Shown: one piece after another, positions 13,106-24,700 of the stretch | Layout: the number at the start of each line of letters is the position of its first letter | Position numbering within the stretch: the first letter of the stretch is position 1 | DNA from: Macrostomum hystrix | Lineage: Eukaryota > Animalia > Platyhelminthes | Length of the DNA stretch: 64,000 nucleotides | Reading direction: 5' to 3' | Assembly: GCA_950097015.1 (NCBI GenBank) | Contig: CATNEN010000039.1 | Coordinates: forward strand, 496,001 to 560,000 | Translations under genes and position numbers: made by a program | The notes under the pieces: model-generated | What the model was told of the DNA's origin: nothing | Seen by the model: the letters and a program-made list of their open reading frames with translations, nothing else | The model's database searches: none

Positions 13106-13783
13106 GGCTGCGGGAGAAGCAAGGCGTCGCTGATAACTCTCACAATGACTCATAAATGACTCAAACGACTATTTAGGAGTAGCAGCGGCTCCTGAACTGA
13201 AGCCCTGCCTGACAATGCCTGGCTAGGAACAACCCGAGCTGTTAACCCTCACTGAGCTTTAATTCCTATGTGAGGTCTGCAAGGAAAAGTAAACAACCAT
13301 TGACTCGGGGATGACAAACAACGCTGTTCAGCAAATTTCAGCAAATAAGGTGCACACAAAGGCCAAAGCGAAAGTTCAAGATGCAGCCGTCAACTGGTCG
13401 CGAGGCTTTATTGAGTGCAATTACGAGCATTAGCTGTCAGAGGCTGGGAGTCGCAAGAACGGGCAACAGCAACAGCAGCTGTACGAATCGGTAAGCTAAA
13501 CAGAAAAATTGCAAAAAGGGAACTGATAAGGTCTGAGTTAGACTCATAAAGGTAAGGCTACATGTTAAGCCTTAGCACCCAATTAATAATTAGGACTAAT
13601 GCCTGAGTTAGACTCATAAAGGTAAGGCTACATGTAAAGCCTTAGCACCCAATTAATAATTAGGACTAATGCCTGAGTTACTGTCAAAGCTTGTTGTTGC
13701 GAAACAAGCGAAAAGTTAGTTACAGGGACATAAAAGCGAATGGACTATTGCCAGGGAAATTGTCTCAGAGGTGGCAGCTGTTG

Positions 13784-16700
13784 TCACTTTCGGCTGCCGC
13801 CGCTGCGGTGATGCTGGTGATGGCCGCCAGCGCGGGACGAAGACTTCCGGGACGCGGAGCTGGGAGAACCGGGCGGCCCGGCAGGCTGCAGCTGCTGGGC
13901 TGCAGCGGCTGAAGAAACCGACTTCTTCGGCGGCGCAGAGGCTGCGTCAGTCGAGTGCGAGGACGAAGTGGACTGCTGGCGGCTGGCGGTGGGCGGCTTC
14001 TTGGTGCCGGACTGCAGAAACGGGTGCACCTCGTCAGCCGGAGCGCCCGGCAGCTCGATGTCATGGGTTCGTGTCTTGCGCCGCTTGGCGTCGGGGCTGA
14101 CACCGGAGACGCCGGCGCCGGCTGGTCGCTTCTTGTCCGGACTGGCGGCTGGCAGCGACTGGTCGGACAGAGTTTGGTCGGCCTCGTCGATCTGGGCGTG
14201 GAGAACAAACGGTACGGCGAATTACTAAGGCTAGTTACACTAGACAGAGCAGTGAGTTTGAAACCAGTACGGAAGGCCCAGTTTGTCAGTGAATTCGCTA
14301 AGGCTAGTTACACTAGACAGAGCAGTGAGTTTGAAACCAGTACGGAAGGCCCAGTTTGTCAGTGAATTCGCTAAGGCTAGTTACACTAGACAGAGCAGTG
14401 AGTTTGAAACCAGTACGGCAGGCCCAGTTTGTCAGTGAATTCGCTAAGGCTAGTTACACTAGACAGAGCAGTGAGTTTGAAACCAGTACGGAAGGCCCAG
14501 TTTGTCAGTGAATAAGCGATAAAATCTGGAGCGTCTAATCAGCCACAGCAAATAAAAATTAGCGCATCTCCCAGCCACACAGCAGCAGTCACCTCAGGAG
14601 CCACGGGAAGGAACAGCAGAGTGTCCGGGTCCGCTTCCTCGTCCGAGCTGAGCAGCGCCTGCACCGGCTCGCAGCGCTCCACGTCCACTTCTTCGTCGGA
14701 CTGGCCGGCCGAGGGCGCTGGCGCTGCCTTTGGCTCCGCGTCCTCATCGGAGAGGTCGAACTCGCTCTCACGCTCCTCGTACTCCACGTTCTCGTCCAGC
14801 TCCTTGAAGTCTGGCGCGAATGCACTCCAGTTTTGTACCTGACGTGAGAATAGCAGGCAGTGTGTGAAATGGAGTGGGCAGAGCTGGCGCATGCGGGAGG
14901 CAGTGTGTGAAATGGAGTGGGCAGAGCTGGCGCATGCGGGAGGCAGTGTGTGAAATGGAGTGGGCAGAGCTGGCGCATGCGGGAGGCAGTGTGTGAAATG
15001 GAGTGGGCAGAGCTGGCGCATGCGGGAGGCAGTGTGTGAAATGGAGTGGGCAGAGCTGGCGCATGCGGGAGGCAGTGTGTGAAATGGAGTGGGCAGAGCT
15101 GGCGCATGCGGGAGGCAGTGTGTGAAATGGAGTGGGCAGAGCTGGCGCATGCGGGAGGCAGTGTGTGAAATGGAGTGGGCAGAGCTGGCGCATGCGGGAG
15201 GCAGTGTGTGAAATTGAGTGGGCAGAGCTGGCGCATGCGGGAGGCAGTGAGTGAAATGGAGTGGGCAGAGCTGGCGCATGCGGGAGGCAGTGAGTGAAAT
15301 GGAGTGGGCAGAGCTGGTGCATGCGGGAGGCAGTGAGTGAAATGGAGTGGGCAGAGCTGGTGCATGCGGGAGGCAGTGAGTGAAATGGAGTGGGCAGAGC
15401 TGGCGCATGCGGGAGGCAGTGTGTGAAATGGAGTGGGCAGAGCTGGCGCATGCGGGAGGCAGTGTGTGAAATGGAGTGGGCAGAGCTGGCGCATGCGGGA
15501 GGCAGTGTGTGAAATGGAGTGGGCAGAGCTGGCGCATGCGGGAGGCAGTGTGCAATAACAGCTGAAAAAGTGAGAGCACCTGGCTCTGGCTCCACACGGT
15601 GACGAGGCCATTGGAGATGGAGCAGATGATGGGTCGCAGAGGGTGCCAGACCACATCTAGCAGAGTCTCGCCCTTGGTGCCGTGCAGCATCTTGACCATC
15701 GCGCCTCCGATGCGGTCCCAGATGTAAATGGAGTGCGCCTTCATGGAGCCGGCGCAAACGTACTCGCCGTCTCCGCTAAAGCAGCACTTGCGCCAGTGGT
15801 TGCCAGTCACCAGGTCCTGCACAAGGGGCGAAGGCAAGGAGATAACTTACAAAAAGCGCGGGGGTAATAAATTAAAACAATGACAAACATATTAAAACCC
15901 GGTATTTGCCAACCTTGAGCTTCTGTAGAGGCTCCACTTCCTGATTGCGCCGGGCCTCCAGCACAATGTCACAGGAGTACACGCGTACTATGCGGTCCGA
16001 GCAGTTTAGCAGGAAATTCCTCTGCTTGCGAGCGAACTCGATTGACTTCACCGCCGTGTTGGACGTGGCCGGCGTGGCGCGGAAGGCAGCAACCGGGCGG
16101 AGGGTGCGCGTCTGAAGGAAAGTCAAAAAGCTACCCTTGTAACTTTAGACAGCGATTTAAGACCTAGGAACCTACACAACAGCCACCGACCTTCCTAGAT
16201 AAACACAACAGCCACCGACCTTCCTAGATAAACACAACAGCCACCGACCTTCCTAGATAAACACAACAGCCACCGACCTTCCTAGATAAACACAACAGCC
16301 ACCGACCTTCCTAGATAACACAACAGCCACCGACATTCCTAGATAAACACAACAGCCACCGACCTTCCTAGATAAACACAACAGCCACCGACCTTCCTAG
16401 ATAAACACAACAGCCACCGACCTTCCTAGATAAACACAACAGCCACCGACCTTCCTAGATAAACATAGCAGCCACCGACCTTCCTAGATAAACATAACAG
16501 CCACCGACCTTCCTAGATAAACATAACAGCCACCGACCTTCCTAGATAAACACAACAGCCACCGACCTTCCTAGATAAACACAACAGCCACCGACCTTCC
16601 TAGATAAACATAGCAGCCACCGACCTTCCTAGATAAACATAACAGCCACCGACCTTCCTAGATAAACATAACAGCCACCGACCTTCCTAGATAAACATAA

Positions 16701-18252
16701 CAGCCACCGACCTTCCTAGATAAACATAACAGCCACCGAACTTCCTAGATAAACAATACAGCTACGTGAACATACTGGATTGTTAATTACACTGCTAACA
16801 AGCACACCAAGCACACAGCTGCGTGAATTGATCGAATAAGCAATTCAGCATCCTGAACCATCAATTGCAATGCACGGCAAGACAAACAAATATACAACCA
16901 CACAAACTGGCACAGCCGGCTGACCCGCCCACCTGGTACACGGCTACTCGGCCCCGCGAGTTGCCAACGTAGATGTGATCGCCGCGTGCGTTGAAGGCAG
17001 CGGCAGTGCTGAATTCGCCCTCCTCGTCGGCCGGCAGAGAGCTGTGGCTGCCGGTCTCTGCGTCAACAAGCACTGGCGGGTGCCGCATGGGGCACACCAA
17101 CAGCTTCTGGCTGCTGCGCGGATGGAAAGCAGCTCTGGGCTCGCAAGAATGTAGAAAGAGAACAAAAATTACACTCTAATAATGAGACTGCGGGGATAGA
17201 GTGCCAGAAGGTTCAAGAGCGGAGCACATTGGGTTGTAAGGTCTGAGAGGCAGCTCAAGGTTCAGGGAGCGGAGCAGATGGGGGGTGAGGCCTGAGAGGC
17301 AGCTCAAGGTTCAGGGAGCGGAGCAGATGGGGGGTGAGGCCTGAGAGGCAGCTCAAGGTTCAGGGAGCGGAGCAGATGGGGCGGTGAGGCCTGAGAGGCA
17401 GCTCAAGGTTCAGGGAGCGGAGCAGATGGGGCGGTGAGGCCTGAGAGGCAGCTCAAGGTTCAGGGAGCGGAGCAGATGGGGCGGTGAGGCCTGAGAGGCA
17501 GCTCAAGGTTCAGGGAGCGGAGCAGATGGGGGGTGAGGCCTGAGAGGCAGCTCAAGGTTCAGGGAGCGGAGCAGATGGGGCGGTGAGGCCTGAGAGGCAG
17601 CTCAAGGTTCAGGGAGCGGAGCAGATGGGGGGTGAGGACTGAGAGGCAGCTCAAGGTTCAGGGAGCGGAGCAGATGGGGGGTGAGGTCTGAGAGGCAGCT
17701 CAAGGTTCAGGGAGCGGAGCAGATGGGGCGGTGAGGTCTGAGAGGCAGCTCAGGGTTCAGGGAGCGGAGCAGATGGGGGTGAGGACTGAGAGGCAGCTCA
17801 AGGTTCAGGGAGCGGAGCAGATAGAGCGGTGAGGCCTGAGAGGGACATTGGCTGTTTTGTCAGTAACAGAGAGCTATAAGCTCCTCGCTGCATAACAAGA
17901 TTGGCAAAGCGACTCACTTGAGCACAGGAGACGGGAAGCGAAAGAGCTTGTCGCACTCGCCAGTGAGCACATCCCAAAGCGCCACAGTGTTGTCTGTGGA
18001 GGCGGTAAGCAGCTTCTTAGAGTCGCGGCTCCAGCTGAGGGAGCAGACGGTGACCGCGTGTGCCGTGATGGTCTTGGCGATGCCGCGCGTTAGAAAGTCC
18101 CAGATGACCACACGGCCATCGTTGCAGCCGACAGCCAGCAGGGTGCCGAAGCGGTTGAAGGCGCAGGTCACGGCGAAGGAGACGCAGTCCAGCACGCCGT
18201 CATTCTCCTCGGGGTAATTCTTGTGGAAGGACTCGAGCAGCTCGAGGTTCAT
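13784..18252 (-). CDS. RBBP5: Retinoblastoma-binding protein 5 (COMPASS/MLL WD40 subunit), 6 exons, 541 aa
   Basis: Exons 18252-17918, 17134-16933, 16111-15914, 15816-15580, 14838-14593, 14191-13784 (1626 nt). Signatures 'MNLELLESF..NYPEE.DG.LDC', 'GCNDGRVVIWDFLTRGIAK', 'NWSAFAPDFKELDENVEYEERESEFD', 'IELPGAPADEVHP'. Confidence 0.96.
14225..14512. repeat. Intronic tandem repeat, 73-bp unit x4
   Basis: RBBP5 last intron. Confidence 0.9.
14855..15552. repeat. Intronic minisatellite, 43-bp unit, ~16 copies
   Basis: RBBP5 intron 14839-15579. Confidence 0.95.
16174..16755. repeat. Intronic minisatellite, 29-bp unit (acacaacagccaccgaccttcctagataa), ~20 copies
   Basis: RBBP5 intron 16112-16932. 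Confidence 0.95.
17243..17843. repeat. Intronic minisatellite, 49-50-bp unit, ~12 copies
   Basis: RBBP5 intron 17135-17917. Confidence 0.95.
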
Positions 18253-18989
18253 GGCTGCAGCTGCGGGGGCTGTGGAAATTCCGCATTACACCACTAACAG
18301 CTAACAAACCACACCGAATTTTCCACCTGTTCTGCTCCCAATCAGGACCTGCAAATAGACTCCAGGTAGGTGTGGAAGCCTTGCAAGCGCTCCATGAGAA
18401 GGGCATCTGAAGGCACCACTTAGATAGAATTTAGGACTATGACTGAGTTCGCCAAAAATGAGATGAGTGAAGAACCGCCTGAGTTGAAAGTATTGCTACA
18501 GATAGAAGTAGTACGTGTATATTTGAGTGGTAACACAAAAATGCTACAAAGAATAACGAATAACAAAGAATAATAAAGAATAATATAGAATGGGGAAAAT
18601 GACTGCGGCAGCAGGCGATAAAAGAATGCGAATGCTGAGGCACAGCCGCAGTGACGGTCTGCGCACCGCAGTAAGGCGGGGGCGAAGAACAGGTAAAAAT
18701 GAAGCAGTAAATTGGTAAAAATACGCATGACAGAGCTAAACCAATAGGGATATCTTGAAGTAAATAAAAACTCTGTTTAAAAATCCTGCAGCTTTCTACA
18801 TAAAGCATAAACAGCACCTAGTAAGGTAAGCGGAGGAAATTTATTATGCGAAACTAATAACAAGGAAATGTAAAAAGAAATCCTAAAAGACTGGATTAAA
18901 AACATAGGTAGGCTGTATAGCTTGCGTTAGAATACATGCCGTCACGGAAACTGCCTTTTATAGTTAGCCTACTTGACTAGAGCTGACAG

Positions 18990-19137
18990 CCGAAGGGAGC
19001 CGCTAAGACAGAGGCTGGTGGCCATGCCACGCAGGCGGGCCGAAGGGAGCCGCTAAGACAGAGGCTGGTGGCCATGCCACGCAGGCGGGCCGAAGGGAGC
19101 CGCTAAGACAGAGGCTGGTGGCCATGCCACGCAGGCG
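18990..19137. repeat. 50-bp triplication
   Basis: cgaagggagccgctaagac at 18991, 19041 and 19091. Confidence 0.9.
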
Positions 19138-19495
19138 TGCTGAGACGCCGGTAGAAGAAAGGCCGACAGCTGTGCGGCCAGTCCTCGTTGCCATCGTGAG
19201 AGGTGTCAGTCGTCAGCGGCCGCGTCATCAGGAACAGGCGCCGGCTCCCGCCGCCACCGCTGATCAAATCTATCGCGGTCTTCCCGACTGGCGCCGACAG
19301 CAAGGACTGAGGGCTCGGAGCCTTGGGCAGTGACGCGGTCGACTCGACGCTGCTGCGGCGCTTGCTGCCCTTCTGTTCTGGCGAGGTCTCCGGAGCACCC
19401 AGGCTGCAGCGGAGCTGGTCAACAGCGGCCTGATGGGCCAGCGCAGCCTCACTGGCTGTCATCGTGTCAAATGTGCACTCCTGGCGAATCGATGA
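19103..19495 (-). CDS. Probable coding exon (alternative/terminal exon of the upstream giant gene, or a small orphan gene)
   Basis: GC-rich stop-free frame (..MTASEAALAHQAAVDQL..KRRSSVES..) preceded by phase-0 acceptors (ttccag at 19496, cgccag at 19481). Its stop lies in a 50-bp triplication. Confidence 0.4.
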   Translation of the reverse strand, partial: SSIRQECTFDTMTASEAALAHQAAVDQLRCSLGAPETSPEQKGSKRRSSVESTASLPKAPSPQSLLSAPVGKTAIDLISGGGGSRRLFLMTRPLTTDTSHDGNEDWPHSCRPFFYRRLSTPAWHGHQPLS

Positions 19496-19517
19496 CTGGA
19501 AGGCAGGTATTTTTCAG

Positions 19518-20338
19518 ACTCCACTAAATCAAAACTGCGCGTCCTACCTCCCAGGTAAGAATCTACTCCACTAAATCAAAACCGTGCGTCCTACCTCCCA
19601 GGTGAGAATCTACTCCACTAAATCAAAACTGCGCGTCCTACCTCCCAGGTAAGAATCTACTCCACTAAATCAAAACCGTGCGTCCTATCTCCCAGGTAAG
19701 AATCTACTCCACTAAATCAAAACTGCGCGTCCTACCTCCCAGGTAAGAATCTACTCCACTAAATCAAAACCGTGCGTCCTACCTCCCAGGTGAGAATCTA
19801 CTCCACTAAATCAAAACTGCGCGTCCTACCTCCCAGGTAAGAATCTACTCCACTAAATCAAAACCGTGCGTCCTACCTCCCAGGTAAGAATCTACTCCAC
19901 TAAATCAAAACTGCGCGTCCTACCTCCCAGGTAAGAATCTACTCCACTAAATCAAAACCGTGCGTCCTACCTCCCAGGTGAGAATCTACTCCACTAAATC
20001 AAAACCGCGCGTCCTACCTCCCAGGTAAGAATCTACTCCACTAAATCAAAACCGTGCGTCCTACCTCCCAGGTGAGAATCTACTCCACTAAATCAAAACT
20101 GCGCGTCCTACCTCCCAGGTAAGAATCTACTCCACTAAATCAAAACCGTGCGTCCTACCTCCCAGGTGAGAATCTACTCCACTAAATCAAAACCGCGCGT
20201 CCTACCTCCCAGGTAAGAATGTACTCCACTAAATCAAAACCGTGCGTCCTACCTCCCAGGTAAGAATCTACTCCACTAAATCAAAACCGTGCGTCCTACC
20301 TCCCAGGTAAGAATCTACTCCACTAAATCAAAACCGTG
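19518..20338. repeat. Minisatellite, 47-bp unit, ~17 copies
   Basis: Unit actccactaaatcaaaactgcgcgtcctacctcccaggtaagaatct. Confidence 0.95.
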
Positions 20339-21438
20339 CCGCTTTTCTAGGAAAAGTTAGCACAAGGCTCCAACGAATAAATGAAAACAAGTCCTTCAAA
20401 TACTGTTCGCAAACATGAACAGTACTGGCGCCAGATGAAGAAAACTAATGCGGCGATCGGGCATCTGATTGGCTGAATCAATTGCTGTTGCGATAGTCTT
20501 TCACCCGAGTGCCTTTAAATTATTCTTGCATTCGATTTATTAATCTAACGAAGTTCGTCAGGTTGCACTCGTTCACTCATCAGCACAGGATGTGCAATGG
20601 CAGTTATAATGCTGTTATACCTGGAATTGCTGAGAGTTCTGTTTATCGGTTTGACAATAGAGCTGCTCAGGAGCACGTGCCCGCAATCTTTCCCAACTGC
20701 GCCAGCATTTTCATTCTACTTTTATTTAAACCAAGTGACGTAACACAGCTAAGCAGATACAACACCAACGAATATCCGAAGGCTGAAAGTCTGCAGACAT
20801 CCAGCAGATAAAAATTGTGGAACCAACACAATGTCCCGTAGCAGGGAATAAGGCAACAGCAAATTGACATAATGAATAGGAAAGTTGCAATCAAAACACA
20901 TTTACCTACTGCCAGCAGTTCAGGCGGGCAGCAGCAGCTGGCATTGCCACCGCTTGTTCTGCATGCAGTTCGACTTCGGTCCAGATTATATGGATCAGTA
21001 GCAATACAGGTAACCAATTAGCGATCAAGAGATACATAAGCACTGCTGCTGGGATAAACATGCCGGCATAAAAATGGGGAATAAAACACAAAAAGAAAGA
21101 AAAATATCCCATAAAATGAGCTGAGAGCCGTTGGCTACACGTAGCGGAGGAGGATAAACTAAGGCGGGGATTCCCAGGAATCACAAATAGCGAAGCTGGT
21201 GCATCCGCTCGCTTCACCAGAAAATTAGGAGAGAAAAAATATAAATAGCACAAAAAGCATCTAGGTGTCTGAAAGCGAGAAAGAAAATCAGTTACAGAGA
21301 ATGAAACTAAATCACAGCAACAATGTGGGCATATAAACATGTAGAAAAAGGCTTAGTGCAAGGCGGAAGTGAAAGCGCGGAGCAAGCGCAATGAGGATGA
21401 CAGGGTCAATGATTTCACAACTCACTTTCCAATTAAAA

Positions 21439-21624
21439 TTAGCTCAGATCTTAAAACTCATCCCTGATAAACACTGATCTCGCTAGGCAACTCTAGTTAG
21501 CTCAGATCTTAAAACTCATCCCTGATAAACACTGATCTCGCTAGGCAACTCTAGTTAGCTCAGATCTTAAAACTCATCCCTGATAAACACTGATCTCGCT
21601 AGGCAACTCTAATTAGCTCAGATC
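21439..21624. repeat. 58-bp tandem repeat x3
   Basis: ttagctcagatcttaaaactcatccctg repeated. Confidence 0.9.
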
Positions 21625-21710
21625 GCGCTGCTCAACTCAAACGAGCTCAAATCTCAAAGGTTGTACATAAATTTAGTTTCACGCTGCGAGTCCTATAGAT
21701 CACTGCTGCT

Positions 21711-24700
21711 TCACTTCCGGCTGAAGAACGATCTGCTAAAATGCGGCGCCTGCCGCTGCTGCTGACGAGAGGTGCAGCACAGCTGGGACCGCAGCCGGCG
21801 CACCAGGGAGCCGTGTTCAACCTCCGCGACAATTCGCTCCCGACGCAGCCACTCGACGGAGCCGCTTCGGGGCCAGCCAGAGCGACGTTGGGTTGCCGAC
21901 TCGCCATTGGAACCCATCAGCGCCGTCCAGGGCAGTGGCAACAGGCGGCCGCAGTCATCAACGGCCTCGGCAGCATCCAGCCAGTCGCGGCAGTGTGCCA
22001 AGAAAGTACGCGTCTGGAGGCACTCTGCGCAGCCATTAGCGCCGGTGCCCACGGCCTGAATGAGGTCACGCACCACTTGCAGCGCCGACTGCGAGGCGCC
22101 AGCCGACCCACCACCGTCTCCTCGAGAGCCGCTGGATGCCCCGGTCTCCCACAGCTGCGGATCCGAGTCGAGACTCTCCAGCGACGCGTGCGCTGAGGTG
22201 CGCTGCGTAGGGTAGGCAAGGGCGGGGATTTGAGTCTAGCTTCTGCGCACCTTTTGAGTCAGGCATAACAGGACAAGAGTGAAAACAGATAGGCTGGTAG
22301 AAAAGTATATCACTCCTTGCCCAGTTGGGCCAGGCTTAGCAGGACAAGAGTGCAAATGGATAGAGTGGTAAAAAAGTATATCACACCTTGCCTAGCCACA
22401 GCTAGCCTAGGCAGCATTGAAAAGTTCAAATAAGTGGTCCAAAAGTGCATGGATGGGCGCGAGTTAAAAATGGATAATAATCCTGGGAATTCACCAAACC
22501 AGCCAATTAAATGCCAGCAAACTGCCACTTAACTTATATTAAGTTAATATGTATATAACTAATTAAATTAAGGCCTAATTGTAGATTTGCTGCAAAGTAA
22601 ATAAACAACAAAATGTGTAACTGATCATGCAAGACAACAATTGAAGAGTTCATGAGTATATATAGATGTTCTTAGTGATTAATAGCGGAATTAGTAACAC
22701 TACAGAGTGAGTCCGGCTAACGGTTTAGTGAGGGCAGGTTAAACAAGAAGCAAGCACTGCAATCGGTAAGGAAAACACGAACAGTCGTGCAGCTACACTA
22801 GGCACAGCAGTAGTTCGAGAATACCTTTAGTCCACGCGCCTGCTGTGAGCACGGCAAAGTCTAAAAATATTCAGGGCATATTACATGTTAGAGTGGGTGT
22901 TAAAAGTGCATTTCGTGGATACGTTATGGCTATTGTGAGTTCTACAGATCTACTTTGCTGGCAGTGCAACTGTCCAGAACTGGGACTCTACGGATTGATG
23001 CGAGAACACCGCAATTGAGCCTGATTACGGTGCCTAATAAAGTGCTTGGTCCATAATGAGGCTATTGGGTAAATAATTTTTTCGGAAATTACACTAGAGA
23101 GAAAAACATTCAAGGCAATGAAATATGTTATCGGGCTAAAGTCGGTAACGCTGATAAATGATAACGATAGCCTGTTAGTTGACATCGGCATTAAAATAGC
23201 TGCAAATAAAAATGTAACTACAACTTAGTTAATCACAACAGAAACCTCAAAAAGGAATATTAGAAAGAAAATATCACCTTAGATGAGAATTAGATTTGAA
23301 CAACATTAAACTATTGAAGGTCAAACTAAGAGTTAAAATCCACGCGTTTGCTTTCAAAAGGCCTGCTCGCTGTCTATGTATGGCACGCTGTTATCGTTAC
23401 TCACGCTACTACACAACGCCAAGACTCCGCAAATCTTAGCACACTTCTGCCAGAAATGCTTCATTTCTCACCGGAGTGGCGGCAGAAGCGACTGCGACCG
23501 AAGTCTTGGCGGGCCGAATTCCCATCTGCGGTTGCTGTGGAAACAGGTGACATGGACGCAGCCGCTTGCCCACCTGGCTGGGAACGTAGCTGTAGTCGTC
23601 AGACACGCCAGCTAGGCTACCGCAGCGAGCGCCTCCCCTCTCCCTTAGCTGCATGTACAGGTCTTCGAGTGACCGGCAAGACGGGAGAGTGTTTCCAGGC
23701 GCGGTGCAAAGTTTGCACACAAAATCCCACACTGTCAGAAGCATCTGTGTCGTCTGCAGCTTAAGAAAATCATATCGAAACATGGCGGCAGGGGTTGCGT
23801 GCCCATCGCCACCATCCGAAAGCAGCTGCTTGATCTCAGACTCGAGCAGAGAGAGTCTCTCTGCAACCTCGATGGTGGCCTCCTCAAGTGGGCAGGCGAA
23901 ATAGCGGCGCGACTCAGCGACCGCGAGTTGTAGAAAGCTACCCAACCCTGAGCTAGAAAAATCCAAAAGAACTCTGCAAGAATTCGAACTGTTTACCTTG
24001 TCCGCTGGGCTTGTCACGTCCGCAGCGTCTAGAACCGCGTCGATATCAGTCTCCAAGAAGCTAAGGGCACCCTTCAACTTCACCTTGACGGGTGGGTCCA
24101 CATGGATGTCAGTCTGGCTCTCGGCGTCACAAAACGCAATTTTTGTGCTTGTCGCTTTGCCACTTTTCGGCTGCTCAGCACGGCAGTACGAGCTAAATGC
24201 AGAGGACGCACCCTTTAATGCGAAGTCAGGTTCAATGCCGGCGGCGTACTGAAGCCGCTTCTCAGGTTCAACCACATCAGAAAAACACAGAATGCTGCTA
24301 ACGAATTCAGGTGAACGTCGGGCTCGCTCATCACGATAGTCAATCAAAGATCGAACCATAGTTGCTTCAGGTTGATGGTACACCGACTCAATTTGATTCT
24401 CAGTATCTAGTTCTTCAGAACGGCCGTTTCTGACAGGGAATGCTTCTGCCTCTGTCTGGGAGACAATGTCTCGCGTTTCTTTACGCAATAACTCTTTAGC
24501 AACTAAAAGCCTCTCTTTCTCCGATAAATTGCGCTCTAGTTCTTCCAATCGGTTGCACTGAATTTCGAGCTCTAGCTTCTGACCGTACAGATTCCTCTCA
24601 AGGTCGAGCATCTCGCTTTGCATCTGCACAATTTCTGCCCATCTCGACTGAAGCTCCACTTCGCTGGCCGCTTTACGATCATCAAAGACCAACTGGGCGA

